Shown one piece after another: positions 1 to 10,905 of a stretch of 64,000 bases of DNA. Both the position numbers and the translations under genes were made by a program. The notes under the pieces were generated by a model. It was not told the DNA's origin, did no database searches, and was given only the letters and a program-made list of their open reading frames with translations. Location: positions 62,202-126,201 of the forward strand of contig JAUCBJ010008295.1 of NCBI GenBank assembly GCA_032718475.1, in the 5' to 3' direction. Each line of letters begins with the position of its first letter. Position 1 is the first letter of the stretch. The DNA comes from Nemertoderma westbladi (lineage: Eukaryota; Animalia; Xenacoelomorpha).

Positions 1-1
1 A

Positions 2-1120
2 ACTACCTCAACCTCGGATCCAAACATAACCCCCCCAGACGATAATACAACTTACCCTATTCCATTCTACAAACGGTTTGTTGACGACAGCTATGGTATA
101 GTACAACGTATATTAAGTGAACAGGACATTCACAACATACAGAAAATCACTAACTCCTCTTGTAACGACTTATTCCAAAACTCTGATATACAATTCACCA
201 TTGAATACTCCCACACATCACTCCCATTCCTTGACGTCTTGACACAGATTAACAACGAAACACTAACAACTACATTATACAAAAAACCAACTAGCAATAA
301 ACTCCCGATTCACTACAATAGCTTCCATGATAAGAAATTACTACTATCCGTAATTCGCAGCCAACTCCTACGCATCCACCGCAGATGTAGCGAGTCTAAC
401 GACTATACCAAACTCAGAGACGAATTCCTTGGCGAATGTCTACTCAGGCAGTACCCCCAGAACCTCCTTAACAAACTTAGACATTGGACTCCCCAAACTA
501 GACCTAAAGACACTAACTCGAAACCCACATTTTACCTATCCACTAACCAACAGATGAAGGGCATATTCCAAAATACTGTACGTAGATACTCCAAAAACTA
601 CGACCTTGACATCAACATTAATGTAGTCACGAAGAATCCCACATCACTAGGACAAATACTAACCAAAAATAAAACTCAATCGCAAACACACACAAATAAC
701 ACCACTAATGAGCCATGTAACTCTAGCCGCTGCCTTACATGCAAAACTATCACTAACATACAACAGACACCATGGGGTGAAAAGATAAAAGGACACTATA
801 CATGTAAGTCCCACACTGTATGTTACTTGGCCTGGTGCCACTGCCACCCTACTCTATACTACATAGGCCAAACGAGACAGAAACTTCACGAACGCTTTAA
901 TGGACACCGCAACAACATACGACACTACCCCTCACGAGCCAATGACGGAAAAACACACGAAGACATACTCCTAGCTAGGCACATATACGGTTGTGGTTTA
1001 GAAAATCTACGCACCGCAACCATAAAACAATTCACAAACATACCCGAACTACTAGCGACGGAAGCTAACCTAATCTATACCTACAACCCCCCACTTAACG
1101 TAGCAAGACCAGCAATCTAA
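2..1120 (+). CDS. Penelope-like element RT-GIY-YIG polyprotein (5'-partial)
   Basis: The frame of ORF 239..1120 is open back to position 2 and contains FYKRFVDD (RT catalytic motif), IQFTIEY..LPFLDV, LYKKPT..HYNSFH, the Cys linker PCNSSRCLTC..HYTC, and GIY-YIG motifs CYLAWC..YYIGQT..RFNGH..EANLI..LN. Confidence 0.92.
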   Translation, partial: TTSTSDPNITPPDDNTTYPIPFYKRFVDDSYGIVQRILSEQDIHNIQKITNSSCNDLFQNSDIQFTIEYSHTSLPFLDVLTQINNETLTTTLYKKPTSNKLPIHYNSFHDKKLLLSVIRSQLLRIHRRCSESNDYTKLRDEFLGECLLRQYPQNLLNKLRHWTPQTRPKDTNSKPTFYLSTNQQMKGIFQNTVRRYSKNYDLDININVVTKNPTSLGQILTKNKTQSQTHTNNTTNEPCNSSRCLTCKTITNIQQTPWGEKIKGHYTCKSHTVCYLAWCHCHPTLYYIGQTRQKLHERFNGHRNNIRHYPSRANDGKTHEDILLARHIYGCGLENLRTATIKQFTNIPELLATEANLIYTYNPPLNVARPAI

Positions 1121-1615
1121 ACCCAACGTTTTATATAATACAACCTATATTCTATATCTTACACAACTACAGTGCCCTTATAGCGAATTTCAGGGGTTTT
1201 TTATGTGCTTTTCCCCTACCTTCATTTTTGTTTTTGTCTTAGTTTTTCTGTTTCTTGTGATTTCTTACTCTGTAAAAATTACAGCTATCACTATGATGCG
1301 TTTTAAGTAGATACCTCATAATCCTATGTAACCTACCTAATCCAATTGTACCATTCAGTATGTAGACACATGACCACTCCTGGGATTTCCCTATCAACTT
1401 CTCCCAACCTTATAACCCAACCTGCAACCCTATATTTGTACTTTAGATTGACAGCTTACAACCAACTCGGTGTACTTTCCCTATCACAATTACCTTACGT
1501 TATATATTACATACATACACGTTAACCTTTCTGGGATTTACCTATCAGGTATTCATTCCCCTTTAAAACTTATATATATATATATAGACCCCCACCTTTT
1601 CCTGTTAGTTGCCAG

Positions 1616-1662
1616 TACATAGTCTGATGCAGACCGGTAGGTCGAAAACGTTTACTATTGTA
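1616..1662 (+). ncRNA. Minimal type I hammerhead-like ribozyme, variant core
   Basis: ATAGT-CTGATGCA-GACC(ggta)GGTC-GAAA-ACGT-TT-ACTAT: stem I ATAGT/ACTAT, stem II GACC/GGTC, palindromic stem III region AAACGTTT; A9 position is C. Confidence 0.7.
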
Positions 1663-1837
1663 TCTTTATCTAATATAATATAACCAGCTAAAGACCCTCT
1701 ATACTTTATTTTTTCTATCATCTTTACACGATTTAAATAACGGCTATAGCGTACAAACCTATGGTATGAAATGGACGTGGTGTCCTGTGTGCTCTGCAGA
1801 CATCCTACAGTGCACATGGAGCATTTACACACACAGG

Positions 1838-1840
1838 GAG

Positions 1841-1878
<38 letters not shown>
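1838..1878. repeat. (GA)n microsatellite
   Basis: Direct inspection. Confidence 0.95.
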
Positions 1879-1880
<2 letters not shown>

Positions 1881-2239
1881 CTGCTTGATTGACACACGGC
1901 TCAGTGGGAATCTAGACTTTGAAGTGCAGCGCCTTTGGTAGAACTCAATGGCAGGATTTATAAGCCTGGTACATTTCAATATTTGATCAAACTTTGATCA
2001 ATGTTTGATCACAGTTTGATCAATGTTTGATCAAAGGAATGCTTTTTCAGAGATTTGTAATAATAGTTCGTTGATTCAATAGAACTCCTGGAGGAGGTAA
2101 TTCTCGTGCATACTGAACACAGTAACAAGCTTTATATATTGTATCATCATTAATTAATACCATGTCTCTTTTGCTCATCTACTAACCAATAAATCATTTG
2201 TATGTTTAAGATTGTATATATTTATAAACCCTTTCGATG

Positions 2240-3910
2240 TAACTCATATTAATTGGTACTTGTTAATTCCTATGTAACTCATTAATTCATATGTAACTCA
2301 TTAACTCCTACGTAAACTAATTAACTCTATATAACTTTACTCATTAATTCATATGTAACTCATTAACTCTGTGTAACTAATTAACTCCTATATAAATAAT
2401 TAACTCCAATATAACTCATTATATCCTATGTACCTGATTAACTCTATGTAACTAATTAACTCAAGTGTAACTCATTACATCCAATGTAACTCATTACATC
2501 CAATGTAACTCATTACATCCAATATAACTCATTAACTTATATGTAACTCATTATCTCCTATGTAACTAATTACCTCCTATGTAACTCATTAACTCCTACG
2601 TAACTAATTAACTCTATGTAACTCGACTCATTAATTCATATGTAACTCATTAACTCTGTGTAACTCTTTACATCCAATATAACTCATTAACTTATATGCA
2701 ACTAATTAACTCCCATATAACTAATTACCTCCTATATAACTCATTATCTCCTATGTACCTGATTACCTCCTATGTAACTCATTAACTCCTATATAACTCA
2801 TTAACTCTATGTAACTAATTAATTCAAATGTAATTCATTAACTTTGTGTAAATCATTACATCCTATGTAACTCATTAACTCATTGACTCCCATGTAACTC
2901 ATTAAATCCTATGTAACTGATTAACTCATTGACTCCCATGTAACTCATTAACTCCTATATAACTGATTAACTCATTGACTCCCATGTAACTCATTAACTC
3001 CTATGTAACTGATTAACTCATTGACTCCCATGTAACTCATTAAATCCTATGTAACTGATTAACTCATTGACTCCCATGTAACTCATTAACTCCTATGTAA
3101 CTGATTAACTCATTGACTCCCATGTAACTCATTAACTCCTATGTAACTGATTAACTCATTGACTCACATGTAACTCATTAACTCCTATGTAACTAATTAC
3201 CTCCTATGTAACTCATTAACTCCTATATAACTCATTAACTCTATGTAACTAATTAATTCAAATGTAATTCATTAACTTTGTGTAACCCATTACATCCTAT
3301 GTAACTCATTAACTCATTGACTCCCATGTAACTCATTAACTCCTATGTAACTGATTAACTCATTGACTCCCATGTAACTCATTAACTCCTATGTAACTGA
3401 TTAACTCATTGACTCACATGTAACTCATAAACTCCTATGTAACTGATTAACTGATTAACTCATTGACTCCCATGTATCTCATTAACTCCTATGTAACTGA
3501 TTAACTCATTAACTCCCATGTAACTCATTAACTCCTATGTAACTGATTAACTCATTGACTCCCATGTAACTCATTAACTCCTATGTAACTGATTAACTCA
3601 TTAACTCCCATGTAACTCATTAACTCCTATGTAACTGATTAACTCATTGACTCCCATGTATCTCATTAACTCCTATGTAACTGATTAACTCATTGACTCC
3701 TATGTAACTGATTAACTCATTGACTCCTATGTAACTCATTAACTCCTATGTAACTGATTAACTCATTGACTCCCATGTATCTCATTAACTCCTATGTAAC
3801 TGATTAACTCATTGACTCACATGTAACTCATTAACTCCTATGTAACTGATTAACTATTGTGTAACTCATTAACTCCTATGTAACTGATTAACTTATTACC
3901 TCCTTTGTAA
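2240..3910. repeat. AT-rich minisatellite, ~19-bp unit TAACTCATTAACTCCTATG, becoming a ~46-bp compound unit in the 3' half
   Basis: Tandem TAACTCATTAACTCCTATG / TAACTGATTAACTCATTGACTCCCATG units. Confidence 0.95.
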
Positions 3911-4436
3911 CTGCACCAAGCTCTCCCGTCCTCCACAATCCCCATTATCGTATATATTCCCTACGAGAGCCGGAGTAATAAACTGGTGTGGTTCAAACTA
4001 TAGGTAGAAACAAACTGCCAAGAGATCCTCCACTGCCTAGGTGTTCCAGTAACTGCACCAATGCAATCATAGCCAAAAATGTTCATTGATTAAAGTTAAA
4101 TTCAAAGCTGAATATAAGGTTCGCCAGAAGTTGAGATAACATACTATACAGTAACCATAATAAACCTATACATTGGTTGCTACAAACACATACCATAATA
4201 TTATTAATAAAAACTGCTCGTTAATTATATTCATTTTCTTTTATGGCTAAGCAGTATGGAATAAAAATGGCGAACGTGTGATTAACGCCAGTCGAAGGCG
4301 AATTTGATTATTCATCGCTAAAATTGGCAGTCTATGTTCCCTTCGGGTCGCCTCGTCTCAGGCTTTGGGCCAATTGTTTGTTTGATTGATTTGCTTGATA
4401 ATATGCCATTCAGCTGCTCATTTAAGCAAAAAGCAA

Positions 4437-4660
4437 ACAGTCGGCCGAAGCCGGAGGTGACCTGAAGGCTCCTCTTTCGATAGCTGCTACCCGAGGGTAG
4501 GGGTCGGCGCTACTCTTATCCCAAGATTTGCTCCCAGTTATTTAACTGGTACTCATTTTATCGACCCCAGTGGATGAAAGGCTGAGTGGACCCTGGCGGG
4601 GCTGAACCTACAACCAACAGATTGCAGGCCCGACGCTCAACCAACTGAGCTACCCCACTG
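4437..4660 (-). mobile_element. tRNA-derived SINE with Meta-like central domain
   Basis: Minus strand: GGGGTAGCTCAGTTGGTTGAGCG (A box)...GTAGGTTCAGCCCC (degenerate B box), then CCACTCAGCCTTTCATCCACTGGGGTCGATAAAATGAGTACC, which resembles the Meta domain of Sauria-SINE/MetaSINEs as I recall it. Confidence 0.7.
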
Positions 4661-4703
4661 CTCATTTAACTTTAAGTAATTCACTCAACACAGGACAGAT
4701 TTA

Positions 4704-5621
4704 TCAAGCAGTTTGTACTGAACCCAAAACTTCGTTGGAACCATTTTCTATAATCTTCTTAACCCGCTGGCGAAATGATTTACTCATGAACACAAAGACT
4801 AGAGGGTTTATACTGAGGTTAATGAGTAGCAATAGGAACATCCAGAATGGTGTAGAGGCGTCTGTGACTACCATCCCGTAAATATTGTCTACCACGTTTG
4901 GTGTCCAACATACGAAGTAAGTAATTCCACACACTATAACTGTGAATACCAAGTTTCGTTCCCTGATGGTGGAGGTGGCGACCCCTAGCGGTGCGACGCG
5001 GTTCCGCAAACGGCGCATCCATCTGTAAATAGCGCCGTAGCAAGCGCACATAATACACAGAGGCACAACCCAGTCATCAGTTATATAAAATATGTTGACT
5101 GCTGTTGTGTAAGAGTAGCTGCTAACATCCAATATGCACTTGTTTTCTTGAGTTACGTTTATAATAGAGTATAGAAATAATTCTTGCGCATTTCCATAAA
5201 TCCAAGCAAACGCTAAAATTGGCACATATACAGCCTTCCCGTTGCTATGGTTACGATGCTTGATAGGATGGCACACGCTAGACCACCTATCCATGTACAA
5301 TAGGTTAAGACTCCAGACAGATGTTTATATGATGCCCCACATTGGAAGACTGCTCCACCACAGCAGGCAGTAGGTGTAGTTACCTGGGTAACCAATGGGT
5401 GTTCGAGTTTTACCTTCTATGCTACTCACTGCAAATATTAATCCGGCCAGCAGGTTTGCCACTGATTGGTTAATCATTATACGATCGGATAACAGATAGG
5501 GAATCTTGGATAGCCAATATATAAATAGGTTAAAACCGTTTATCACCACTGCTAAACAACCAATCAAAGTGTAGATCACAATAATTACAATATTGTCAAA
5601 ATCCATATCGATGAACAACAA
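4704..5621 (-). pseudogene. Intronless class A (rhodopsin-like) GPCR with one in-frame premature TAA in TM3
   Basis: ORFs 5325..5621 and 4704..5300 are in the same frame, separated only by TAA at 5325-5327 (GII*TSVWSLNLLYMDRW). TM1 IGCLAVVING, TM2 NQSVANL, DRW (DRY-like), TM6 YFVCWTP, TM7 NLSINPLVF. Likely ATG at 5606. Confidence 0.85.
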
Positions 5622-6350
5622 TATTGAAATTACGAAACATTGAAATTAAGAAGCATAAAAATGAATAACAATTGCAACTTGAAAATTTAACATTTATTAT
5701 TATATTACTATTACTGTTAGAAGTTCAGTTGAAAGATTGTATATTATTAAGAGAGGATAAGGCCAACACCCACTGTAACATTAACCCGCGGTAGTAGTTG
5801 AGTGTGGCAATAAATAATAAGAAATATTAATAACAACGCATCAGTACCTTGGTTTGGTATGAATTGAGTAGTCCGTTAATACCCACCCGTAATAGCGGGG
5901 GATTTGTTGTTATCACTCCACAACACAAACTTGCAAGGATGTTTTCCCACAAGCTTTATATTAGAGTTGTGTATACTACTTAACTTTAAACCATTTTACT
6001 CGACTTAGCATAGTGTTTTGCTGTTATTTTACCATAGCTTCCGATCTTATACCCATTGGTTTGATTATGGCCTGTTTCTCTTCTATCTTTGTGCAATACA
6101 CAATGAAATGTAATGGAGGTTGCATTTTGTATTCTGCTACTGCTCTGCAGGTGCTGCCGTAGATTTCGCATTGTAACCTCATCAACTTCCTTTAAGAGTT
6201 GCTCCATAAGTGAGTTAGTTAAAATAAATTTAATCACTGAGTTTAATGAACGATTTTAAAGATCATGGGAAGTTAGCTGGATGGCTGATCCTGATAGAGG
6301 CTGTGCACAATTGATTATATACGTAATTGAATGCTCCAGGTGTATATTCA

Positions 6351-6964
6351 ATGCACAATACACGTTGCGGCTAAGTCAACAATGTACAATACATGTTGCG
6401 GCTAAGTCAGCAATCACAATACATGTTACGGCTAAGTCAACAATGCACAATACACGTTACGGCTAAGTCAGCAATGTACAATACACGCTACGGCTAAGTC
6501 AGCAATGCACAATACACGTTACGGCTAAGTCAGAAATACACAATACACGTTACGGCTAAGTCAGCAATCACAATACACGTTACGGCTAAGTCAGCAATGC
6601 ACAATACACGTTACTGCTAAGTCAGCAATCACAATACACGTTACGGCTAAGTCAGCAATGTCCAATACACGTTACGGCTAAGTCAGCAATGTACAATACA
6701 CGTTACGGCTAAGTCAGCAATGCACAATACACGTTACCGATAAGTCAGCAATGCACAATACACGTTACGGCTAAGTCAGCAATGTACAATACACGTTACG
6801 GCTAAGTTAGCAATGCACAATACACGTTACGGATAAGTCAGCAATGCACAATACACGTTACGGCTAAGTCAGCAATGTACAATACACGTTACGGCTAAGT
6901 TAGCAATGCACAATACACGTTACGGATAAGTCAGCAATGCACAATACACGTTACGGATAAGTCA
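6351..6964. repeat. Minisatellite, 30-31-bp unit CAATACACGTTACGGCTAAGTCAGCAATGCA
   Basis: About 20 tandem copies visible. Confidence 0.95.
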
Positions 6965-8213
6965 GGTTTGACATTATGATGAATATTATCATCAATAATG
7001 CGATTGATGCCCATCTATCATCATTGATAAATCATATATAACTTGACATTTAGCCATCGTCGAGAGATCGGTTGTGACTGATCAAACATCGCTAGCGTAT
7101 AATTACTTTACGACTTATAATCTAGAAATAGGTACAACACCTGTAATTGCTATCATCCATACACTATGTAACCGCTGGTGAATGAGAGCCTACCACTTCA
7201 TCCGTTCGTTTCCTATGGATTACAGATGTAAAAGACCTGCCGTATAAAGTTATACATTTTGTACATCCTGTTTTACTTACGTATTTACTTAACATAATAT
7301 TACCATATACGAATAAAAAAAACTACAGCTAAAAGCGATGGAATATTACAAGTATTTCATTGCAGCTAAACTTATAATGCAATACATCATAGCATTGAGA
7401 CATTGTTTTAAAGGCATAGTTTGTTTGTCTCCAGCTGATGTCAGCAATACATACACAAAAAACATGTATAGTGTACACAGATGCCGCTATCCTCAATCAT
7501 GTCAGCTTTGAATCAGGGGGATTATGTTTCAACTATATTAGTTACAGTTTTAAATCATTGTAAAGATCTCGTCTAAAGCTGGTTTTACTTAGCGACTAAA
7601 TTCAGATAGGGGGGAGGGGAAACTGGACGCAATAAAAATTAATCCCTCTCCAGGGGAAATTCGACGCAAATAACAGTTGATTACTCTCAAAAATAAAATT
7701 GTCACCTGTTCTATTGCGTTTAGTTTATTGTTTTGGTTAAAATAACGTGCCACTGTAACCTGCTCCTTTCCCTAAATTGAGAATTTAACATTGAGGCGGG
7801 ATATTAATTCGCCAAGATGGTATTGCCGTCCAGCCCACCCCCCCCCCCCCCCCCCCCCCCTACCCCCCCATGTCTCACTAAATGTCCCCTCTACTGTGAT
7901 ATGTTATCCCTCTGAGTTACAATGTGTTGCTTAACACTAAGGTCGTTAACTACTGTTAAAACTTGGCGATTAAATAGATAGCTACATTACACGCCGTAAA
8001 GTGAATTGCCACACGTTTTATGTTACGCTACCGTAAAGTAACATAAATATTTTATTTTTTGTTTAATTACTTTATTACTTTTGCAGAATATTTCAAAATT
8101 ATTATTCCTTATAATAATTTATTGTAACTTTATCGCTCATACTTTTGTAATTTTAGCTCGATTTCTGACCAACCTGCTTCTTTTACACAATACTTTTCAA
8201 CCAATAAAGAGCG

Positions 8214-8759
8214 TGTGGGAAGGGATTCAAGCAGCCATGAACGTTGGATATTGTGTTGGGTGGGAAGGGATTCAAGCAGCCATGAACGTTGGTTATTGTG
8301 TTGGGTGGGAAAGGATTCAAGCAGCCATGAACGTTGGTTATTGTGATGGGTGGGAAGGGATTCAAGCAGCCATGAACTTTGGTTATTGTGATGGGTGGGA
8401 AAGGATTCAAGCAGCCATGAACGTTGGTTTTTGTGTTGGGTGGGAAGGGATTCAAGCAGCCATTAACGTTGGTTATTGTGATGGGTGGGGAGGGAATTCA
8501 AGCAGCCATGAACGTTGGTTATTGTGTTGAGTGGGGAGGGATTCAAGCAGCCATGAACGTTGGTTATTGTGTTGGGTGGGAAGGGATTCAAGCAGCCATG
8601 AACGTTGGTTATTGTGTTGAGTTGGAAGGGATTCAAGCAGCCATGAACGTTGGTTATTGTGATGGGTGGGAAGGGATTCAAGCAGCCATGAACGGTGGTT
8701 ATTGTGTTGAGTGGGGAGGTATTCAAGCAGCCATGAACGTTGGTTATTGTGTTGAGTTG
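8214..8759. repeat. 45-bp satellite, left arm (interrupted by the LTR element)
   Basis: Unit GGGAAGGGATTCAAGCAGCCATGAACGTTGGTTATTGTGTTGAGT; resumes in register at 36761. Confidence 0.97.
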
Positions 8760-9960
8760 TGTAAAAGCCTTTGCTGAATTGCCCCGTTATTTTTATTATC
8801 TTTTACATTAAAATACTCTGTAGTTGATTTAATAGGTGTAAGAGACCGTATTATTGCTGTATCGGTGTTTTTTAGAGGATCTAAGACCTATTTCCTCTGT
8901 ATGTGTACTGTGAAAGGCATAGTTGATGATTCTATGGCAATTCCATGACGCAAAGGGTGATAGCTACTCTTGAACAGTAGTTACTATGACTACGGTTAAC
9001 AGCTGATATTCATACGTGTTGATTTTCTTTGTTCTACGGCGTCTCTCAGTTCAGTCAGCCAATCAGAGCATTTTTATGGCTCTTGTAGAGAAATTTCCTA
9101 GAAATCACGTAATGCTTTATGTGCAGTGTTTACATTCTGTCCTGAGCCAGGAGAGAGCGGCTTGGAAATATTTTGTGCTGTTCTGTTTTTAGCCTAACAC
9201 TAGTAGGCTTAATTATAAGGACATATATCCGTTATCTCAACTCAAATCATAACATACCATACCTAATCAAACACTGTGCATACTTTATATTGTTATACTG
9301 CTATTTACTGTCGGTCCTTCATAATATGGTTGATGAATTATTATATTTGGAATAACGATAAATAACCCCGAAACCCAATATTCTTGATATACCGAAGGTA
9401 AGAGAGAAAGGTTATATATAACGATTGTGACTTATGTTGAAGTGGTTTGAAGTGAATCTAATGTTATTTGATAGACCCTACATGAGTCGGTCCGTGTTCC
9501 TTTTATATGTGACTAAAATCAGTGAAGATCGGCAGATTAGTCTGCAGTATTGTGCAGCATTGTGTATGAGTGAGACTGATAACGAAGCATTTCCTAAAGA
9601 ATGAGCCATATATGTGAATTATAACTAAGCCATATCGTTGTGAGTAGTTTAAGTCATAACTCTGTTTATATAGATAGAGCGCCACGTCCTAAAGGAACTG
9701 TTAATATTTCCCGAAGGTGAATAATATTGTCAGAGATTATATAATACTGTCAGTCGAATAATACATTAGGCTTACATAGCAATAAGATTAAGCCGTCGAA
9801 CCCAATCTCCCGGGTATATCCAGCGGGTGAATGATCGCGCACAGATTGGTTTCGACTAGTGTAGTGAATCAAATACTTGTCATAGGCTAAAAGTGATTTA
9901 TTATCTAAAAGACATCCTAATTTGGCGGGTTAAACTGCCAAAGGTCTGAAAGCGCGAACA
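8760..9960 (+). repeat. E1 5' LTR (1201 bp)
   Basis: TGTAAAAGCC...GCGCGAACA; near-identical to 23524-23888 + 35925-36760 (about 5 substitutions seen by eye). Confidence 0.97.
9055..9069 (+). promoter_or_regulatory. CCAAT box (NF-Y-type) in the LTR U3
   Basis: AGCCAATCAGAGC is conserved in the otherwise diverged E2 LTR (minus strand near 35593-35605), upstream of the inferred start site. Confidence 0.55.
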
Positions 9961-9972
9961 ATAACGGATATA
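9961..9972 (+). promoter_or_regulatory. Non-tRNA primer-binding site candidate of E1 (self-complementary to LTR 9224-9235)
   Basis: ATAACGGATATA directly after the LTR is the reverse complement of TATATCCGTTAT at 9224-9235; no TGG-initiated PBS follows the LTR. Confidence 0.75.
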
Positions 9973-10027
9973 GCTTCTTTATTGCAGTAAGCAATAAAGT
10001 TGAAAGTACCGGTCAACCGGTAAACCT

Positions 10028-10152
10028 GAACGGTACATCTGTAGGTCAGTAGGCCCAACTGCCAGAACCGGTACTGCCATAGGTCCGTAGGTCCAACTGC
10101 CAGAACCGGTACTTCTGTAGGTCCGTAGGCCCAACTGTCCTAACCGGTACTT
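10028..10152 (+). repeat. ~36-bp tandem repeat in the E1 leader
   Basis: About 3.5 copies of ACCGGTACTTCTGTAGGTCCGTAGGCCCAACTGCCAGA; conserved in E2 at about 34475-34600. Confidence 0.85.
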
Positions 10153-10334
10153 CCAGTATAAGTACATTAGTATTATTCGAATTTGATAATTATATACCGG
10201 TAGGTCTTAGTACTTAATCAGGGAACGGCCGCCCTGGTTTTTTATTGAGATTTTTACTTATTTCTGTCAAGTTTTATTTGTTTGTAGGCCAGTATTGAAC
10301 AGAAGGCGTGTAAGCCTGATCAGATTGTACAGAC

Positions 10335-10905
10335 AATTTGTAGGCTGAGCTGTTGTCTGATTGTTGTTAAGTCTGAACGGATTGCAGTGTGTGTAGATCA
10401 TCTGTCCGATAAAGAACGGTTAGGAAGTAGGGGCAGCCAATGCTGTAAGGTAAACCCCCAACTAAAGAATAAGTCGTACTACTGGGTTAGAACGCATACT
10501 ACCTAATCATTTCGGAGTCTGCATGTCCTGTAGTTTATTTAGGCTTGAGAGTAGTCTGCCATCGTTTAGTCTGTACTTTGTTTGTGTAAGTCTGTACGGG
10601 TAGCGTATAATATTTATTTAGATAATTTGTAGGCTGGATAGTTGTCTGGCTGTTATTAGGTCTGAACGGATTGCAGTGTGTGTAGAGCCTCTGTCCGATA
10701 AAGAACGGTTAGGAAGTAGGGGCAGCCAATGCTGTAAGGTAAACCCCCAACTAAAGAATAAGTCGTACTACTGGGTTAGAACGCATACTACCTAATCATT
10801 TCGGAGTCTGCATGAGCTGTAGTTTATTTAGGCTTGATAGTAGCCTGTCAGTATTTGGTCTGCATTTTGTTTGAGTGGTTTGTACGCGTAGCGTAATATT
10901 TATTA
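10335..10905 (+). repeat. ~290-bp direct duplication in the E1 leader
   Basis: AATTTGTAGGCTG...GTCTGAACGGATTGCAG...CATTTCGGAGTCTGCATG...GTAGCGT occurs twice; E2 has the matching duplication at about 33745-34300. Confidence 0.85.

Larger units (their letters stand above)
1..1740 (+). mobile_element. 3' portion of a Penelope-like retroelement (Neptune-like, Cys-rich linker), including 3' untranslated/pLTR region
   Basis: RT C-terminus fused to a GIY-YIG endonuclease, A/C-rich coding strand, hammerhead-like motif downstream of the stop; right boundary approximate. Confidence 0.85.

Noticed and set aside
1982-2034. TTTGATCA repeat as a TCF/LEF site cluster
   Set aside because: Five short tandem units with no linked promoter evidence; indistinguishable from slippage.
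4585-4656. tRNA-Cys(GCA) gene; also tRNA-like sequences near 43460, 44185 and 47340
   Set aside because: Imperfect acceptor and/or T stems; the copies at 4585 and 44185 run straight into SINE body sequence; treated as SINE heads.
6351-6964. CRISPR-like array
   Set aside because: Contiguous repeats without unique spacers, no cas genes, eukaryotic context.
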